DNA of 64,000 nucleotides, from positions 73,656,001-73,720,000 of the forward strand of contig NC_042997.1 in the NCBI RefSeq assembly GCF_006345805.1, in the 5' to 3' direction. The notes below the pieces were generated by a model, which did not search any database, was not told the DNA's origin, and was given only the letters and a program-made list of their open reading frames with translations. Origin of the DNA: Octopus sinensis (taxonomy: Eukaryota). Shown here in pieces: positions 13,897 to 26,787 of this stretch (the first letter of the stretch is position 1; every line of letters starts with the position of its first letter). The position numbers were made by a program, and so were the translations under genes.

Positions 13897-14108
13897 AGGG
13901 TGTGTGTGTATGTGTGTGTGTGTATGTGTCTTGACAACCGATGCTGGTGTGTTTACGTCCTCGTAACTTAGGTTTTCGGCAAAAGAGACCGATAGAATAA
14001 GTACTAGGCTTACAAAGAATAAATCCTGGGGTCGATTTGTTCGACTAAAGGCGGTGCTCCAGCATGGCCATAGTCAAATGACTGAAATAAGTAAAAGGGT
14101 AAAAGAGT
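13740..14108 (+). mobile_element. SINE family A, full length
   Basis: tRNA-like head, internal (TA)n(TG)n, 3' ...ggcggtgctccagcatggcc..tcaaatgactgaaa..gtaaaag tail. Confidence 0.9.
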
Positions 14109-14287
14109 AGGTTATAATAGATCTCCAATATGATAATGAAATGATTTTACTAATAGGTTATTAATAACCTTAAAGATTATACAAAAAATTCTATTACATG
14201 TAAAAAAAAGAACGTTGAGAATCTCATTATAAATATATTGAACAATGTACAATTACTAGTTTGTTAATTGCTCAGAAAAAAACTTCC

Positions 14288-17180
14288 TTATAGACAATAT
14301 TTCGAGTATGCACCGATATGTAGCTGTCCATGTAAAAAACAATCCTCTTCTAAATGCAAACCAGTGACTTGTAGTGTCTGACCTTGTGACTTATTGATAG
14401 ACGTTGCAAAATACAAATATATAGGAAACTGAAGTCGTTTGAACTCAAAGGACATGCTGGAAGGTATTAAAGAAATTCGAGGGATAAAAACATCGCCTTT
14501 TCCACAGACAGAAGTTATTGTAGTCTCTACAACATTGCTTATTAATTTCTTGACAACGAGTCTTGTGCCATTGCATAACTTTAGTTGTGAGATGTTGCGC
14601 CGAAGAATGACCGGAGCACCTACTTTCAATCGAAGACAATGAGGAGGAGCACTTCGGGGGAATTCGACTGAATAAATGACTAATTCTGTTTCATCTACGA
14701 CAGAGTCTACGGATTTATAATTATGCTCAATTTCTGGCAACATTTTCATAAGTCAGACTATTCACGGCAATATTTCTTGGTGCCATAATTGCTCTTTCAC
14801 ACAACCAAGCAGGATTTTTGAAATTTGAAATTAATCTGGGAAAAACCTTTTCAATTAGTTAACCAAGGTGGATATTTCTGATAAATTTAATTCACCTTTT
14901 TCATTCACATTCAATGCTCCTTCTCCAGGTGCAATAGCGTATTAGCATATTGTCCAGACAGAAGATCCCCAAGTAAATGTGCCCTCATATTTGTAGAAAG
15001 TTTGAACGCTGGGCATGTTTCCAAAGTACAGAGGATTTCAAGCATGCTTTCAAATCATCTGCCTTAGTTCCCATGGGAATAACTGGCAAAGTTTGCCTAA
15101 AGTCACCTGAAAGCAATACAGTCACAGCTCCCATCAAACAGTTATGCAAATCCTGCAGTGTTTTGTTAACAGCTTCTAGAGCTTTTTATGAGACATTGTA
15201 ACTTCGTCCCACACGATCAAAGAACATTTTTGTAGAATTTCAGCAATACCAGAATGCTTACTTATATTGCAAACAGGTTTATCAGTTGTAGTCAGATTCA
15301 ATGGAAGCTTGAATGATGCGTGTACTGTTCGGCCTCCAGGCAGTGAATTTGCAACAATTCCAGAATTTGCCACTGCTAAGGCTATTTCCTTTCTCTGCCT
15401 AACGTTGGCCGGCAATACATTTGAGACAAAACTTTTCCCAGTTCCTCCTGATGCGTCTAAAAATACAATCCTCCTTTCTTTTTGGTCACCTATTCAGTGA
15501 CTGTTGTCTATTTGTTGGTCTGGCAAAAGTTCTGGCCTGTTTTCTTCAATGAATCTGGTCAGCGAAACATCATATGAAGTTTCTCGCAAAACATCTGAGT
15601 TATTCACTTCAATTCGTTGAGTTTCAGGTAACACACATTTGCAGAGCTCCTCCCCTCCCATGGCGATTTCGTGGTCTTCAATAACAATCAATGCAGAGTT
15701 ATATATTTCTTCGCTAAATGCCATTTCTCTCTCAGGAAATCTTAGTTGTTGCTGATATTTACAGTCCTCAGATAAATTATCCTTATATTTCTGCCACAAT
15801 GCTAATGGATTACTTACTTCACAAGTTTTGAGAAGTATTGCCAAAAGGACTCTTAGAGAAACATGTGTGTGTGATAGTGAAGCCTCAGCCATAGTACTTT
15901 CCCAGTGATTGTCATCTATCAAATTTAAGGCCAAACAGGATTCCCTGTAAGTGTCAAAAGCTTGACCATCAATAGTTCTTAGAAAGGAAAATGAAGTCGG
16001 TCGTCTTATTTTACGAAGAAGGAGTTTCAAAAAGAGACATTCGCAGTGACCTGGATGAACAGAGTAAACTCTTCCTATTGTAAAGTCAAATTTTGCACCT
16101 GGGTGACCCTCAGCATCAGCTCCGCGTCTTCTCCTGTTCTATGTGTTATTACTCCATGTGTAATAAGATGGAACATGATTATAAATATTTTTGCAAAATT
16201 ATCTCGTTCACACAATTTTAAAAATGCTGTAAGAGTTGTGTATTTTGAATTTAGAGCGACGTGGACCGCATTTTCATTTGTGAAATAAACCCTCTGATCA
16301 TTTTCAAAATGAACTGCAAGCTGGTAGATTGCAGGATGCCTTTCATGAATAGGAAACCCCGAAATACACTAAAATGCTTCATTAATGCCGATATATATAC
16401 CAAGTTCATATTGAGTAACTTCATCTCTAACATTTACTGTTTGAAAGGAAGACATGGCTGCATCACATCCTATATTTATGCATTTGCAAACATATTTAAT
16501 AGGTTTTACAGAATTGCAAAATTCAACATTTATGTGAGCATTGCATTCTTTGAAAGCAAGGGAGAGTAAGGTACTATCCATCTATTGTCAACCTCATGTC
16601 TGCCCACCATAGTTTCAAAGCCACATCTCCAAGCGATCTTCTCCTATAAGAGGGATAACCAATTATCACTGAACTGAGTTTGAAATAGAAAATTTTTAAG
16701 GTATCTTTTTGTACATTGGCCATCAACCATGCAAGGTGATTTTCGATTGATATTACCACACGGCCCATGCACCATGCGATTCTTTACTATTACAAATAAG
16801 GATTGATCAGTTTATATATAAGGTCACTCAGCTGATATAATAGAATCAATTTGAATGGAGTTGACTTTTCTGGTAAGCCATAATAATATATGCGCATGAG
16901 GCAAGCCTCTCTTTTTCCACTCAATTGTGTACATGTAGCACTGTAATGGGTCAAATATTTGTGCTTTTGTTTATCAAATTCATTAGTTTAGCGAAACACT
17001 CTTGTCGATTGATGTATGTTTGTGCACGGATAAGTGCATCTTCAATCTCCTTCCACTTTGGATTTGAAGTGAATGTGATAAAAAGGTCTGGTTTTCCATA
17101 ATTTGAGCATAAGTCATTGCATCTTGGGTCCTTTTGTGCATATATCGTGGATTACCTGTGAAAGTGGAAGGTAAATGATC
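14288..17180 (-). pseudogene. Helitron RepHel remnant A (HUH Rep + PIF1-like helicase)
   Basis: Rep: LPSTFTGNPRYMH..TQDAM, YTIEWKKRGLPHAHILLWL, FCNSVKPIKYVCK. Helicase: [63 protein letters not shown]. Many frameshifts. Confidence 0.92.
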
Positions 17181-18280
17181 AATCGACTTGTAGATGCGCT
17201 CCTCACCCGGAATTCAGCTTATGAGCTGGTCGTTGACAGCACTGACATCTACGTTTTGGGGAGCCAGGATGGTTCTTTCACTGAGCCAATTGATTTCGGC
17301 ATAATTACTTTCCAGATTGGAGAACACTGTTTCCAAAAGATCGGAAGGGTTGTCCACGGTGTTGCACAGTTCAGAGATGGATATGTCGCCCCTAACATTC
17401 CTCGGGACTTTGCCTTTCCAAGGGCTAAAATGTCTTTTGCAAATACTGTAGACGTGCTATCACCAAGCAAGTGCGCATGCATGCTTGTGCTTAGGCTTAA
17501 GGTCTTAACATGGAACCACAACATGGATGACTTAAGGCATGTGCGCACTTCATCAGCTCGGCTCCCTTTAGGGATAACAGTATGGGTTTGCCGGAAATCT
17601 CCTGAAAGCAATAGACTTACACCACCCATAGAAGCTATAGAATCCCTGATACCTTTAAGTGACCGGTCCAGTGCCCCGAGGGCCCCATTATTGGTCATTG
17701 TGCATTCGTCCCATACAATGAGACGGCACTGTCTAAGAACTTCAGCTTCCTCTGAATTTTTGCCAATGTTGCAAGTAGGAACCTCGGCCCTCACCAATTG
17801 CAAAGGCAGCTTGAATGCCGAGTGCGCCGTCCTACCTCCCGGCAATAACATAGCAGCGATTCCCGAGGAAGCAACGGCTAGTGCAATTTATTTCTCGCGA
17901 CGAATCTTAGCAAGTGCTAATTGTGTTACAAAGGATTTCCCGTTACCTCTAGCAGCATCGAAGAAAAAATGCCGCCCACCTGTTTGCAACGGCACTGACG
18001 ACAGTTTCGTACACCAGACTCTGATGAGGGAGCAATTTCGGTTCATTTACTCTCAGGTACTCTGCAAGGCCATCAGCGTCATATGACAACTCCAAAAGTA
18101 ACTTTGGTGTGAATGTGTTAACGTCCTGCCGCAATGAGGATGGCAAACCGAATGTCTTCAACGCTTCCCCACCCATTTTGAGCAGGGCATCCTCGATTTC
18201 AATCAGCGCATTATTGTACATCAGGTCATTGTATCCAATGTCAGCATTAGGGCACTGTAGCTTTGCCAGTCATCATTTGC
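17180..18280 (-). pseudogene. Helitron helicase remnant B (different family from A)
   Basis: MYNNALIEIEDALL.., LLPGGRTAHSAFKLP, LIVWDECTM, LLLSGDFRQT, ending IPGEERIYKSID. Confidence 0.9.
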
Positions 18281-18360
18281 CTTGACCACCGAGAAAGCAA
18301 AATTACGTACAGAGAATTTCATAAACAGTAATGAATGGAAAAAAGGTTTTAGATTAAATC

Positions 18361-18795
18361 TTTAGATTAACACTTGCACGATTTTTACTAAGAAAAAAAA
18401 TCGGATTTTTTGCATGAAATCAACTACCCTGGCCTCCTAATATGCTACAAAACCCTTTTCGTGGTTCGAAAAACGGGGTGTGGTGCGGTGTGGTGGAAGA
18501 CTCGGAAATTTCACCCCCTCATACCCATTGATCTTTTCACCATCTATTTTTCAATGTACGTCAAAAAATACGGAGATTAAGAATATGGAATACATTTGTT
18601 TTAATCTCAAATTTACCATGAAAAACCATAGGCAAATTTTTAGATAACACTCGCACGCTTTTCACTAAGAAAAAAAATCGGATTTTTTGCGTGGAATCAA
18701 CTACCCCCCTGGCCTCCTAATATGCTACAACACCCTTTTTGTGGTCCGAGAAACGGGATGGGGTGGGGTGGGGTGGAGTCTCGGAAATTTTACCC
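18361..18795. repeat. Diverged direct repeat of about 155 bp (18361-18515 and 18639-18795)
   Basis: Both copies read ttagat.aacact.gcacg..ctaagaaaaaaaatcggattttttgc.tg.aatcaactaccc..ggcctcctaatatgctacaa..ctcggaaattt. Confidence 0.8.
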
Positions 18796-19034
18796 ATTTA
18801 TATTGTGTAATTCACTGACAAATTGTTACCTACCTCTTTGATTCTATGTTGTTAAATAAATGGATTCTCAACAAAACACTTTTTTATTCGGCGTGAAATA
18901 AAAACAAAACTCTTTCGCGTCCAAAGTAATGTGTGTGTGTGTGTATGAGAGAGAGGAGGAGAAAGATGAACGATTTAAAATAAATAAATGATTTAAGATA
19001 AATATATTTTAATTGTTGTGTAAAAATGTATATA

Positions 19035-19435
19035 GGCGCAGGAGTGGCTGTGTGGTAAGTAGCTTGCTAACAAACCACATGGTTCCGGGTTCAGTCCCAC
19101 TGCGTAGCATCTTGGGCAAGTGTCTTCTGCTATAGCTCCGGGCCGACCAATGCCTTGTGAGTGGATTTGGTAGACGGAAACTGAAAGAAGCCTGTCGTAT
19201 ATATGTATATATATATGTGTGTGTATGTGTGTCTGTGTTTGTCCCCCTAGCATTGCTTGACAACCGATGTTGGTATGCTTACGTCCCCGTCACTTAGCGG
19301 TTCGGCAAAAAAAAACGATAGAATAAGTACTGGGCTTACAAAGAATAAGTCCCGGGGTCGATTTGCTCGACTAAAGGCGGTGCTCCAGCATGGCCGCAGT
19401 CAAATGACTGAAACAAGTAAAAGAGTAAAAGAGTA
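19035..19435 (+). mobile_element. SINE family A, full length, well preserved
   Basis: ggcgcaggagtggctgtgtggtaagtagcttgct..; tail gtaaaagagtaaaagagta. Confidence 0.92.
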
Positions 19436-19689
19436 ATAATCTGATAAAATATAGTGTCTTTCAAAAACATCTTAATTTGAACACTATATCTCGTGTTTAA
19501 GAAAAAAAAAACATTTTACATTTTTATTTTTGGTGAATGCTGTCACTTTCTCTCTCTCTCTCTCTCACACACATACACACATACGTCAACACACAACTCC
19601 TCTCTCTCCCTCACACACACATATACATCAACACAAATTCTCTCTCTCCCTCACACACACACATTGTCACTTGCAAGAAGGGGACTTAA

Positions 19690-19900
19690 CTCATGTTAGG
19701 AAACTTCAAAATTGTATAAGTCAAGGTTGAAAATCGATTTTCACCGCTACCCGCGGGTGCGTCGGGGAAAATAAGTTGACGAAAATACAGCTAGGGTCGT
19801 GACGAATGTCCTAAAATTGGAGTGACATGCGTGCTAATTTGTGGATGTGCATAAACTACATTCACGTACACACACACATCCTGTCTTTTATATATACAGA
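19690..19900 (-). mobile_element. Non-autonomous Helitron 5' portion
   Basis: Minus strand starts A|TCTGTATATATAAAAG followed by a (TG)n stretch, like the neighbouring copies; no 3' CTAG end seen. Confidence 0.5.
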
Positions 19901-19992
19901 TATATATAATATCTTATTTGCTAGCATGTCGGTGAAACATGACAGAATTAAGTCAGACATAGATTTAAAAAACAGTTTTTTTTAGAAAATTA

Positions 19993-20372
19993 CTAGCAGT
20001 ATCGCACCGGCGTTGCTCGGGTTTGTAAGGGAAATAACTATACAGCATTTTTAGAGAGTTATAGCAAAAAAATGCATTAAAAATGGAAAAAATATGATGG
20101 TAATTTTTTTTTTAATCGTTGACTCATCGTAGACATTTTTAGAGTTACTTCCCTTTAAAAAATATGCATGAAAATGGAAAAAAATGATGGTAAATTATTT
20201 TTAAAATCGTAGACTCATCGTAGACGCGCGCTATTACTCAGAAGGGCTCAATATGAATCACGACTATAAGATACCCGGTTTTGGTTAAACTGCACCGCAA
20301 AATGTGGGAGTAGTTAGGAATCTAAATCGAAGGGGACAGACACTCACACAACTACAGTTTTATATATATAGA
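19993..20372 (-). mobile_element. Non-autonomous Helitron, complete (copy 1)
   Basis: Minus strand: A|TCTATATATATAAAACTG ... hairpin near the 3' end (ccgagcaacgccgg) then cgatactg CTAG|T; canonical TC...CTAG ends in an AT target. Confidence 0.85.
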
Positions 20373-20374
20373 TA

Positions 20375-20872
20375 CTAGCAGTATCGCCCGGCGTTGCTCG
20401 GGTTTGTAAGGGAAATAACTATATAAGCATTTTTAGTGAGTTATAGCAAAAAAATAGCAAAAAATGCATTAAAAATGGAATAAAAAATGATGGTAATTTT
20501 TTTTTTAAATCGTTGACTCATCGTAGACATTTTTAGATAGTTACTTCCCTTATATAACAGCGAAAAATGCATTAAAATGGAATAAAAAATGATGGTAATT
20601 TTTTTTAATCGTTGACTCATCGTAGACATTTTTAGAGAGTTACTTCTCTTATATAATAGCGAAAAATGCATTAAAATGGAATAAAAAATTATGGTAAATT
20701 TTTTTTTAAATCGTAGACTCATTGTAGACGCGCGCTAATACCCAGAAGGGCTCGATATGAATCACGACTATAAGATACCGCGTTTTGGTTAAACTGCACC
20801 GCAAAATGTGGGAGTAGTTAGGAATCTAAATCGTAGGAGACAGACACACGACCTTACTTTTATATATAAAGA
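20375..20872 (-). mobile_element. Non-autonomous Helitron, complete (copy 2) with expanded internal tandem unit
   Basis: TC start at 20872; hairpin CCCGAGCAACGCCGGG, 8 nt, CTAG at 20375-20378; internal unit aaaaatgcattaaaatggaa..tcgttgactcatcgtagac repeated. Confidence 0.85.
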
Positions 20873-20879
20873 TTTGTGC

Positions 20880-21388
20880 AACAACTAAAACATTCGGTTG
20901 TGCAAATTGTTTGCACAGGAAACCTGCGCTGTGTGGCGGTAATTGCCGTTTTTGTGGATCTGTTTCAGTTTTTTTAGCGATTTCTGTTTTGGCGACTTCA
21001 AGCCATGAAGTCGTTGTTCTAAAAGAACGCTGGTCTCCTTGACAACGCATTACGACGTTGATTTCCTTACACTCCCTTCCCCACAGCTTCACGAGGGAGG
21101 GAAGAAGGGGGAGAAGCAACACAGGTGCAGGCGTGAGCGTGGACGCCAACTCCGCTGCCATCGACACACGAAAAAATATGCATTAAAATGGAATAAAAAA
21201 TTATGTTAAATTATTTTTTAAATCGTAGACTCATCGTAGACGCGCGCTAATACCCAGACGGGCTCGATATGAATCACGACTATAAGATACCCGAATTTGG
21301 TTAAACTGTACCGCAAAATGTGGGAGTAGTTAGGAATCTAAATCGAAGGGGACAGAAACTCACACAACTACAGTTTTATATATATAGA
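20880..21388 (-). mobile_element. Non-autonomous Helitron, same family, 3' end missing (copy 3)
   Basis: 21172-21388 matches the 5' halves of copies 1 and 2; TC start at 21388. Assigning 20880-21170 to the element is inferred. Confidence 0.7.
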
Positions 21389-21759
21389 TATATTCTTAAG
21401 ACACAGAGCTACTCACTGTCGATCGTTGTATTGGTATACGCTCAACTAATGAGACAGGTGTTCGGACTGACGGTGATATGGTAAACTAAGTATGTTTTGC
21501 TTATTAAAATATTCCTTTTCTAATGCATAAAATTACATTGCAAAGTCTATGAGATATGCATTGTTGAAGTTTTGTAGTACACTTATTCCAAGAACGCTTA
21601 CTTTAATTTTATGTATCTTCCATGAAAAGTGGATGTATTTTCCCTTTCAAAGGGACTCTGTCCCGTGTTATAAACCCCATTAAATAATATTGTTAAATAA
21701 TATTGTGAGATGCGACATTTTGGAAATCGTCTTTATTTAGTACCTGGTAGATATATTAT

Positions 21760-21951
21760 TTTCATTAAAATCGGAGGTATTTGAAATTTCACAGGGGGTG
21801 TTTGCCGCACTTTAAGTCCCCCAATCGCAATGGAAAGTAAATTTGATGTAGCTCATCGTCTTTCTCGTAAAATTTTACATGCAAACACATACTTTCGTTT
21901 TATAGATGTACAGACACACAGACACACAAACGTTGAGCTTTATTATATAGA
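21760..21951 (-). mobile_element. Non-autonomous Helitron 5' portion (other family)
   Basis: Minus strand A|TCTATATAATAAAGCTC followed by (TG/TC) microsatellite; same architecture as the neighbours. Confidence 0.5.
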
Positions 21952-22009
21952 TTTGCATTAAATTCTTTGTACACATACTATGCTCTTTTCTATTAATTCT
22001 AGTATTTAT

Positions 22010-22140
22010 TTTATCAACTGAGAAAACCACAAAAAGCAAAAATCAATCTCGGAGGAATTTGAACTCCGGACGTAAGGCCAGAAGAATTGCTGCTAAGCAT
22101 TTTACTCGGTACGGTAACGATTCTATCAGCTCACAGCCTT
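22010..22140 (-). mobile_element. SINE family B fragment (old)
   Basis: ctcggaggaatttgaactc..gctaagcattt..cagctcacagcctt matches the copies at 44943 and 59463. Confidence 0.7.
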
Positions 22141-22198
22141 CTGTTTGCTATCAAGAGGTACTGTTTATATTTTTTAAAATGATAATAAATTAAATAAA

Positions 22199-22373
22199 GG
22201 CGAGGCTGTATGGTAAGAAGCTTGCTTCCCAACCACACGGTTCCGGGATCAGTCCCACTGATTCAGCTTATGAGCGTGAAACCTGAGGCAAGTGTCTTCT
22301 ACTATAACCTCGGGTCGGCCAAAGCCTTGAGTGGATTTGGCAGACGGAAACTGAAAGAAGCCTGTCGTGTGTG

Positions 22374-22406
<33 letters not shown>

Positions 22407-22644
22407 TGTGTGTGTGTGTGTGTGTGCTTGTGTGTGTGTGTGTGTGAGTGTGTGTGTGTATGTGAGTGTGTGTGTGTGTGTGTCTATTTTTGTCCCCCGC
22501 CACCTTCGCTTGACTGCTGATGTTGGTGTGTTTACGCCCCCGTAAATAGAGACCAATAGAATAAGTACTAGGCTTACAAAGAATAAGCCCTGGGGTCGAT
22601 TGGCAGCAGTCAAATGACTGAAACCAGTAAAAAATAAAAGAATA
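22199..22644 (+). mobile_element. SINE family A with expanded internal (TG)n
   Basis: Head, internal microsatellite of about 125 bp, and tail match other family A copies. Confidence 0.88.
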
Positions 22645-24231
22645 CATAGAGAGAAAGAAAAAAAATTAGAAAGAAAAAGGTAATAATTTGAATCCGAAAG
22701 AGACAAAGTTAGTCACTGGCCCATATGTTAATAACAATATTTTCCCTGTCACGGAAAGAAACTAACGCACATACTTCATACACTGAACTGACGCGTTTTA
22801 AGTTGAATAAACAAGCAAGGCGAATCAAAAGGAAAGAAGTAGAAAAGAAAGAATATTCATCTATCTTTAAAACACAACACCAACTGATGTTCAGCAGATG
22901 CTATTGACTTGTCATTGGTCGGGTTGCAAATGTGTGTCGAAACTTTTCGTTACGTTACAAGAGAAGCACCATTAAAAAATAACAGGAAAAGGATGTAGTA
23001 ATGTTCGTGTGTTCTTAAAATAATTGTGTGATTTTAAATAGGGTTTCATTTAAGATTTTATACTGAAGCTGTAGAAGATTCGGGAGTAGGGTGGTAGAAG
23101 AAGCATCAATATTAACAGTACTTACTGCATTAATGTAAATATAATTACGTTTTCTACGATGTGTTGAAAATAGGACATGATATCTTTGCACTGTGTATTA
23201 TACACATTATTCTACGAAATATACATGGGTGTTTAGAACATTTTATTCTATTAAACAAAGTCGTAGAATATTATTTATAAAGTTATAAATCTGTGAAAGC
23301 TATTTGGTGACTGATTCCAATATATCAAATAAATTATACAAATCAAATGTGAATGGTTTCTTCTTTTAGTAACTCGGATTTATTTTCAAATAAATGAATC
23401 CACTGACTGGAATTTCAGATGGCTTCGCGCACACATTAATCTTTGTGACCGCGATAACATCAAAATAATACAACTCGATGGATATAAAGCTTGAATAAAT
23501 GAATACTATTGTTTGCCAAGGTCAGGATATCTCGATGAACTCTCCGTATTGGATATGAAACGTGATTCATTACTAGCTGGAAAAGACAATTAATAATCTG
23601 TGATGGATACCGTGTCAGTTAGGTTAACATAGTAACCGTTTCTACAAGATTACAAACATATCACAAAAACTTGGCAGGCATCAATGGCATTTACGTGTTG
23701 AATAAAGGGTGTTAATTTTAGTTTGGTGGACAAGCTGAAAAAGAAAAAGAGAAAAAAAATAGAAAAATAAGTCAACTAGATGTTCTGAGAGCGAATCTTG
23801 CTTTGAGAAAGATCTGAAATGACATTTCGATCTTATCGCACTAAAATTCTTTTTAATTGTTTAAAGCACGAGTCGCAAGATATTCAAAAAGCAACTCGTT
23901 CATTTATTCTCGAAAATGTGATGTTATTAATGTCTTACACAAGTAAGTGCTACTTGTTCATATAAGAGAAATCATATCTTCAACGGTTTTTTTTTTTAGT
24001 ATATATTTCTCAAGCTTTCTTATTAGCTAGCACATATTTAGATCACATGATGGCCCTTGAAGCCACAGATTGATTTATACGTTGTAATGCATTTAAAAGA
24101 ATACTATTCAGTAGATTATCTTTCTGAACTAGGACGTTGTAGAAAGGAAGGCAGTTATTAACTCCAGGCAGGGAGGTATATAGCTTAATTAATATCACAA
24201 TTACAAACTTTCTGAGAAGAAGAAAAAGAAG

Positions 24232-24236
24232 AAGAA

Positions 24237-24267
<31 letters not shown>

Positions 24268-24328
24268 AAGAAGAAGAAGAAGAAGAAGAAGAAGAAGAAG
24301 AAGAAGAAGAAGAAGAAGAAGAAGAAGA
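24232..24328. repeat. (GAA)n tract
   Basis: Directly visible. Confidence 0.95.
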
Positions 24329-24369
24329 TTTTCAACGCTAAACGCGGAGATTCTGCTGTCAGAGCCTAG

Positions 24370-25850
24370 CCTCTCGACAGGCCTGAATGGCATAGGCGCA
24401 ACGTGGCGACAAATCTACCATTCGGTCTTTATTTGATCAAAATGGGCGCACAGTACTCGAGCCCGAGAAGATGTGTGCGGCAATTCATCAGCACTACGAC
24501 CGATTGTTTGGGACGAAAGGCAGCCCAAAATGCAGGATATGCTTCAGTACCTACCACGACTCTCGGCATGGCTATGAGAGGTGGAGTGTTGCGAAATGCC
24601 GATAACAGCCGGGGATATACGGGATACGATAATGGGTTTCACGAGGCCGGGGAATCACCTTGTCTGCATGGTTTGAGCTTTACATTTTTATGCCAAACTT
24701 GTTTGGTGGCATTATAGCAGATATAGAAAATTTTAGGCTCATAACGCTGCAGAATGCAGATTTCAAAATTTTGGTCAAGTTGTTAGCTAAAAAGTTGGCA
24801 CTTGTCGAAGAACTGATTGGTGATGCGCAAACATGCGCAATCCCAAGCAGATCCATCCACAACCTCCACCTCATGCGATATATTATAGACAGGGTGGATA
24901 AAGAAGTTGGCATGGGTGGGATCCTAATCAATTTGGGTAGTCTAAAGCTATCCATAGGGTCAACCATCAATACTTGGCAGCGGTTCTGAAAGTGGCGCGT
25001 TTCGATCCCATTTTCCATGGGTTGATCGTTGCAATGTACAGAGACATCTGCTAAGTAGTTCGGGTGAATGGTTACCTATGGGAAACATTCAGCATAATAT
25101 GCTCGGTACGTCAAGGGTGGACTCTCTCGTCTCTTCTCTATGTACTGACTCAAGAGTCACTATTGAGGAAATTGGAGGTGCTGGGAGGCATCAGAGAACT
25201 AGGGCGTCAGAGAACCGTGTAGGCATACGTAGACTACGTCACCGTCACAGTGTCGAACACCAGGCGTATAGACCTGGTTGGTATTGCTCTAAAAGAATGC
25301 GAGGCGATGGTGGGAGAAAAATTTAACTAAGAAAAGTTTGTAAGCCTCCAGTGTAGCCCCTTGAGAAGCAGGTCCATGCCGTCGAACAACATCTCAGAAT
25401 GCTGGACAAAGGAACCGGTTAAATTACTCGGGGTAAAGTTTGGTCAGGATCTCCAGGTGAAGAACTGAGACGAGGTGATAGGTAGGATGGCTAATCTCGC
25501 CCAGAAATGGTCTGAGAGAAAGCTACTCCTGAAAGGTAGGGTAGAGTTAGCGAATGTCTACATCGCTTCTTGATACGCCTGACCATCGTGCCTTGCCCCA
25601 GTTTATGTTTGACCAGCCTGGAGCGCGTACCCTTCCGCTTCTCGCGGAGGGTTGGGCATTCCTTGACTGCTGAGGCGTAGGCATGTGCTGAGGCTGCAAC
25701 ATCTCCAATGCTTACTAGGCAGTGAGCAGGTGTGGTCCCCCCCTTTGTCAGACAGAATTTTTCCAGAGCTCGACTCTTTGTTTCTTTTTCTAAGCTGCAG
25801 TCCTGGATCAAGCGTAGACTAATGCAGTGGTCTGGCACCTAGAGTGTCGT
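24370..25850 (+). pseudogene. L1/Tx1-like LINE reverse transcriptase remnant
   Basis: FRLITLQNADFKILVKLLAKKL..QTCAIPSRSIHNLHLMRYII; VRVNGYL..SVRQG..LSSLLY; KWSERKLLLKGRVELANVYIAS. Multiple frameshifts. Confidence 0.8.
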
Positions 25851-25864
25851 CAGTCCTCTGTCCT

Positions 25865-26787
25865 CGTTTCTCCGTTTCTTTTAGAGAAACATTGTTACCT
25901 GTTGGTATTGATACATGGATTAGAAAGCAATTTTTTCTCTGACAACTATATCCGGTCTATTAGCTTTGATTTCTCGCTATATATCATTGGCATATCCCAG
26001 AGTATGGTTACTTTCATATGTGTGTGACCTTTACTGAGGTGTGTCTACACCATCTTTTTTCTGTTGTCATTTTATATTGTTGGTATAGATTCCAGTATAT
26101 ATATGTCCCAACTTTGTCATATCTGTGAATATATTCTTTCTCAGCCAGGAGTGGGCAGCCAGAGACAATATGATTTATTGCTTCTTCTCTATCGCCACAT
26201 ATTCTGCAGTTACTTGTATTTCTTTTCATTATGTGGTTTTGGTGAGTTCAGGTGGGAAGGTTTTGATCATGTGCTGCAATTAAAAATACTTCAGTCTCTG
26301 CTTTGAGTCCTGAAATTCTCAATCATTGTTGGTATTTTGCCTCGTCAATTTTATTTTCCCTTTAGCTTAACCCAATATTTGTCATGTAGGGGCCTTTCTT
26401 GCCATCGTTTTATCATGATACGCTGTTATTACAATTTTTAGTTTGGATTTCAGTTGTTTTACAGCTTTTGTTATTTCCTCTTTCTCTCCATAGTTGTCAG
26501 GTACTATGGTTTCTTTTTTGTAGTTTTCAGCTTACTTAAAGACAAGAAATAGTTTTTCTTTGCTTGTGTTTTGTGGCTATTTGTATCAGATTCCCTTGCC
26601 TCTGAAGTAGGTATTTCTGTAGTCCTATGGTAGTTACTTTATAATAGTTTTCTCGCTGTATAAGGCTTCAATTCGTTGCATATATGTCAGATTTTAGGTA
26701 GTGCATCCTAAATTCTGTCATTATTTTTCTTGTTTTCCTATCTATTTTGATTAGTTTATTTAGAGTCCAATTAAGAATATTGTAGCT
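25865..26787 (-). pseudogene. R4/Dong-type LINE copy A (RT thumb to restriction-like endonuclease)
   Basis: ILNWTL..IDRKTRKIMTEFRMH; CRICGDREEAINHIVSGC (CCHC); TILWDMP..EIKANRPDIVVRE (PD-D/ExK start). Confidence 0.8.

Noticed and set aside
14256-14259. CTAG as 3' terminus of Helitron A
   Set aside because: Position is plausible (about 30 nt after the stop) but no subterminal hairpin is visible.
19993-21388. CRISPR-like or satellite array
   Set aside because: Units have Helitron TC/hairpin/CTAG ends and no repeat-spacer structure; eukaryotic context.
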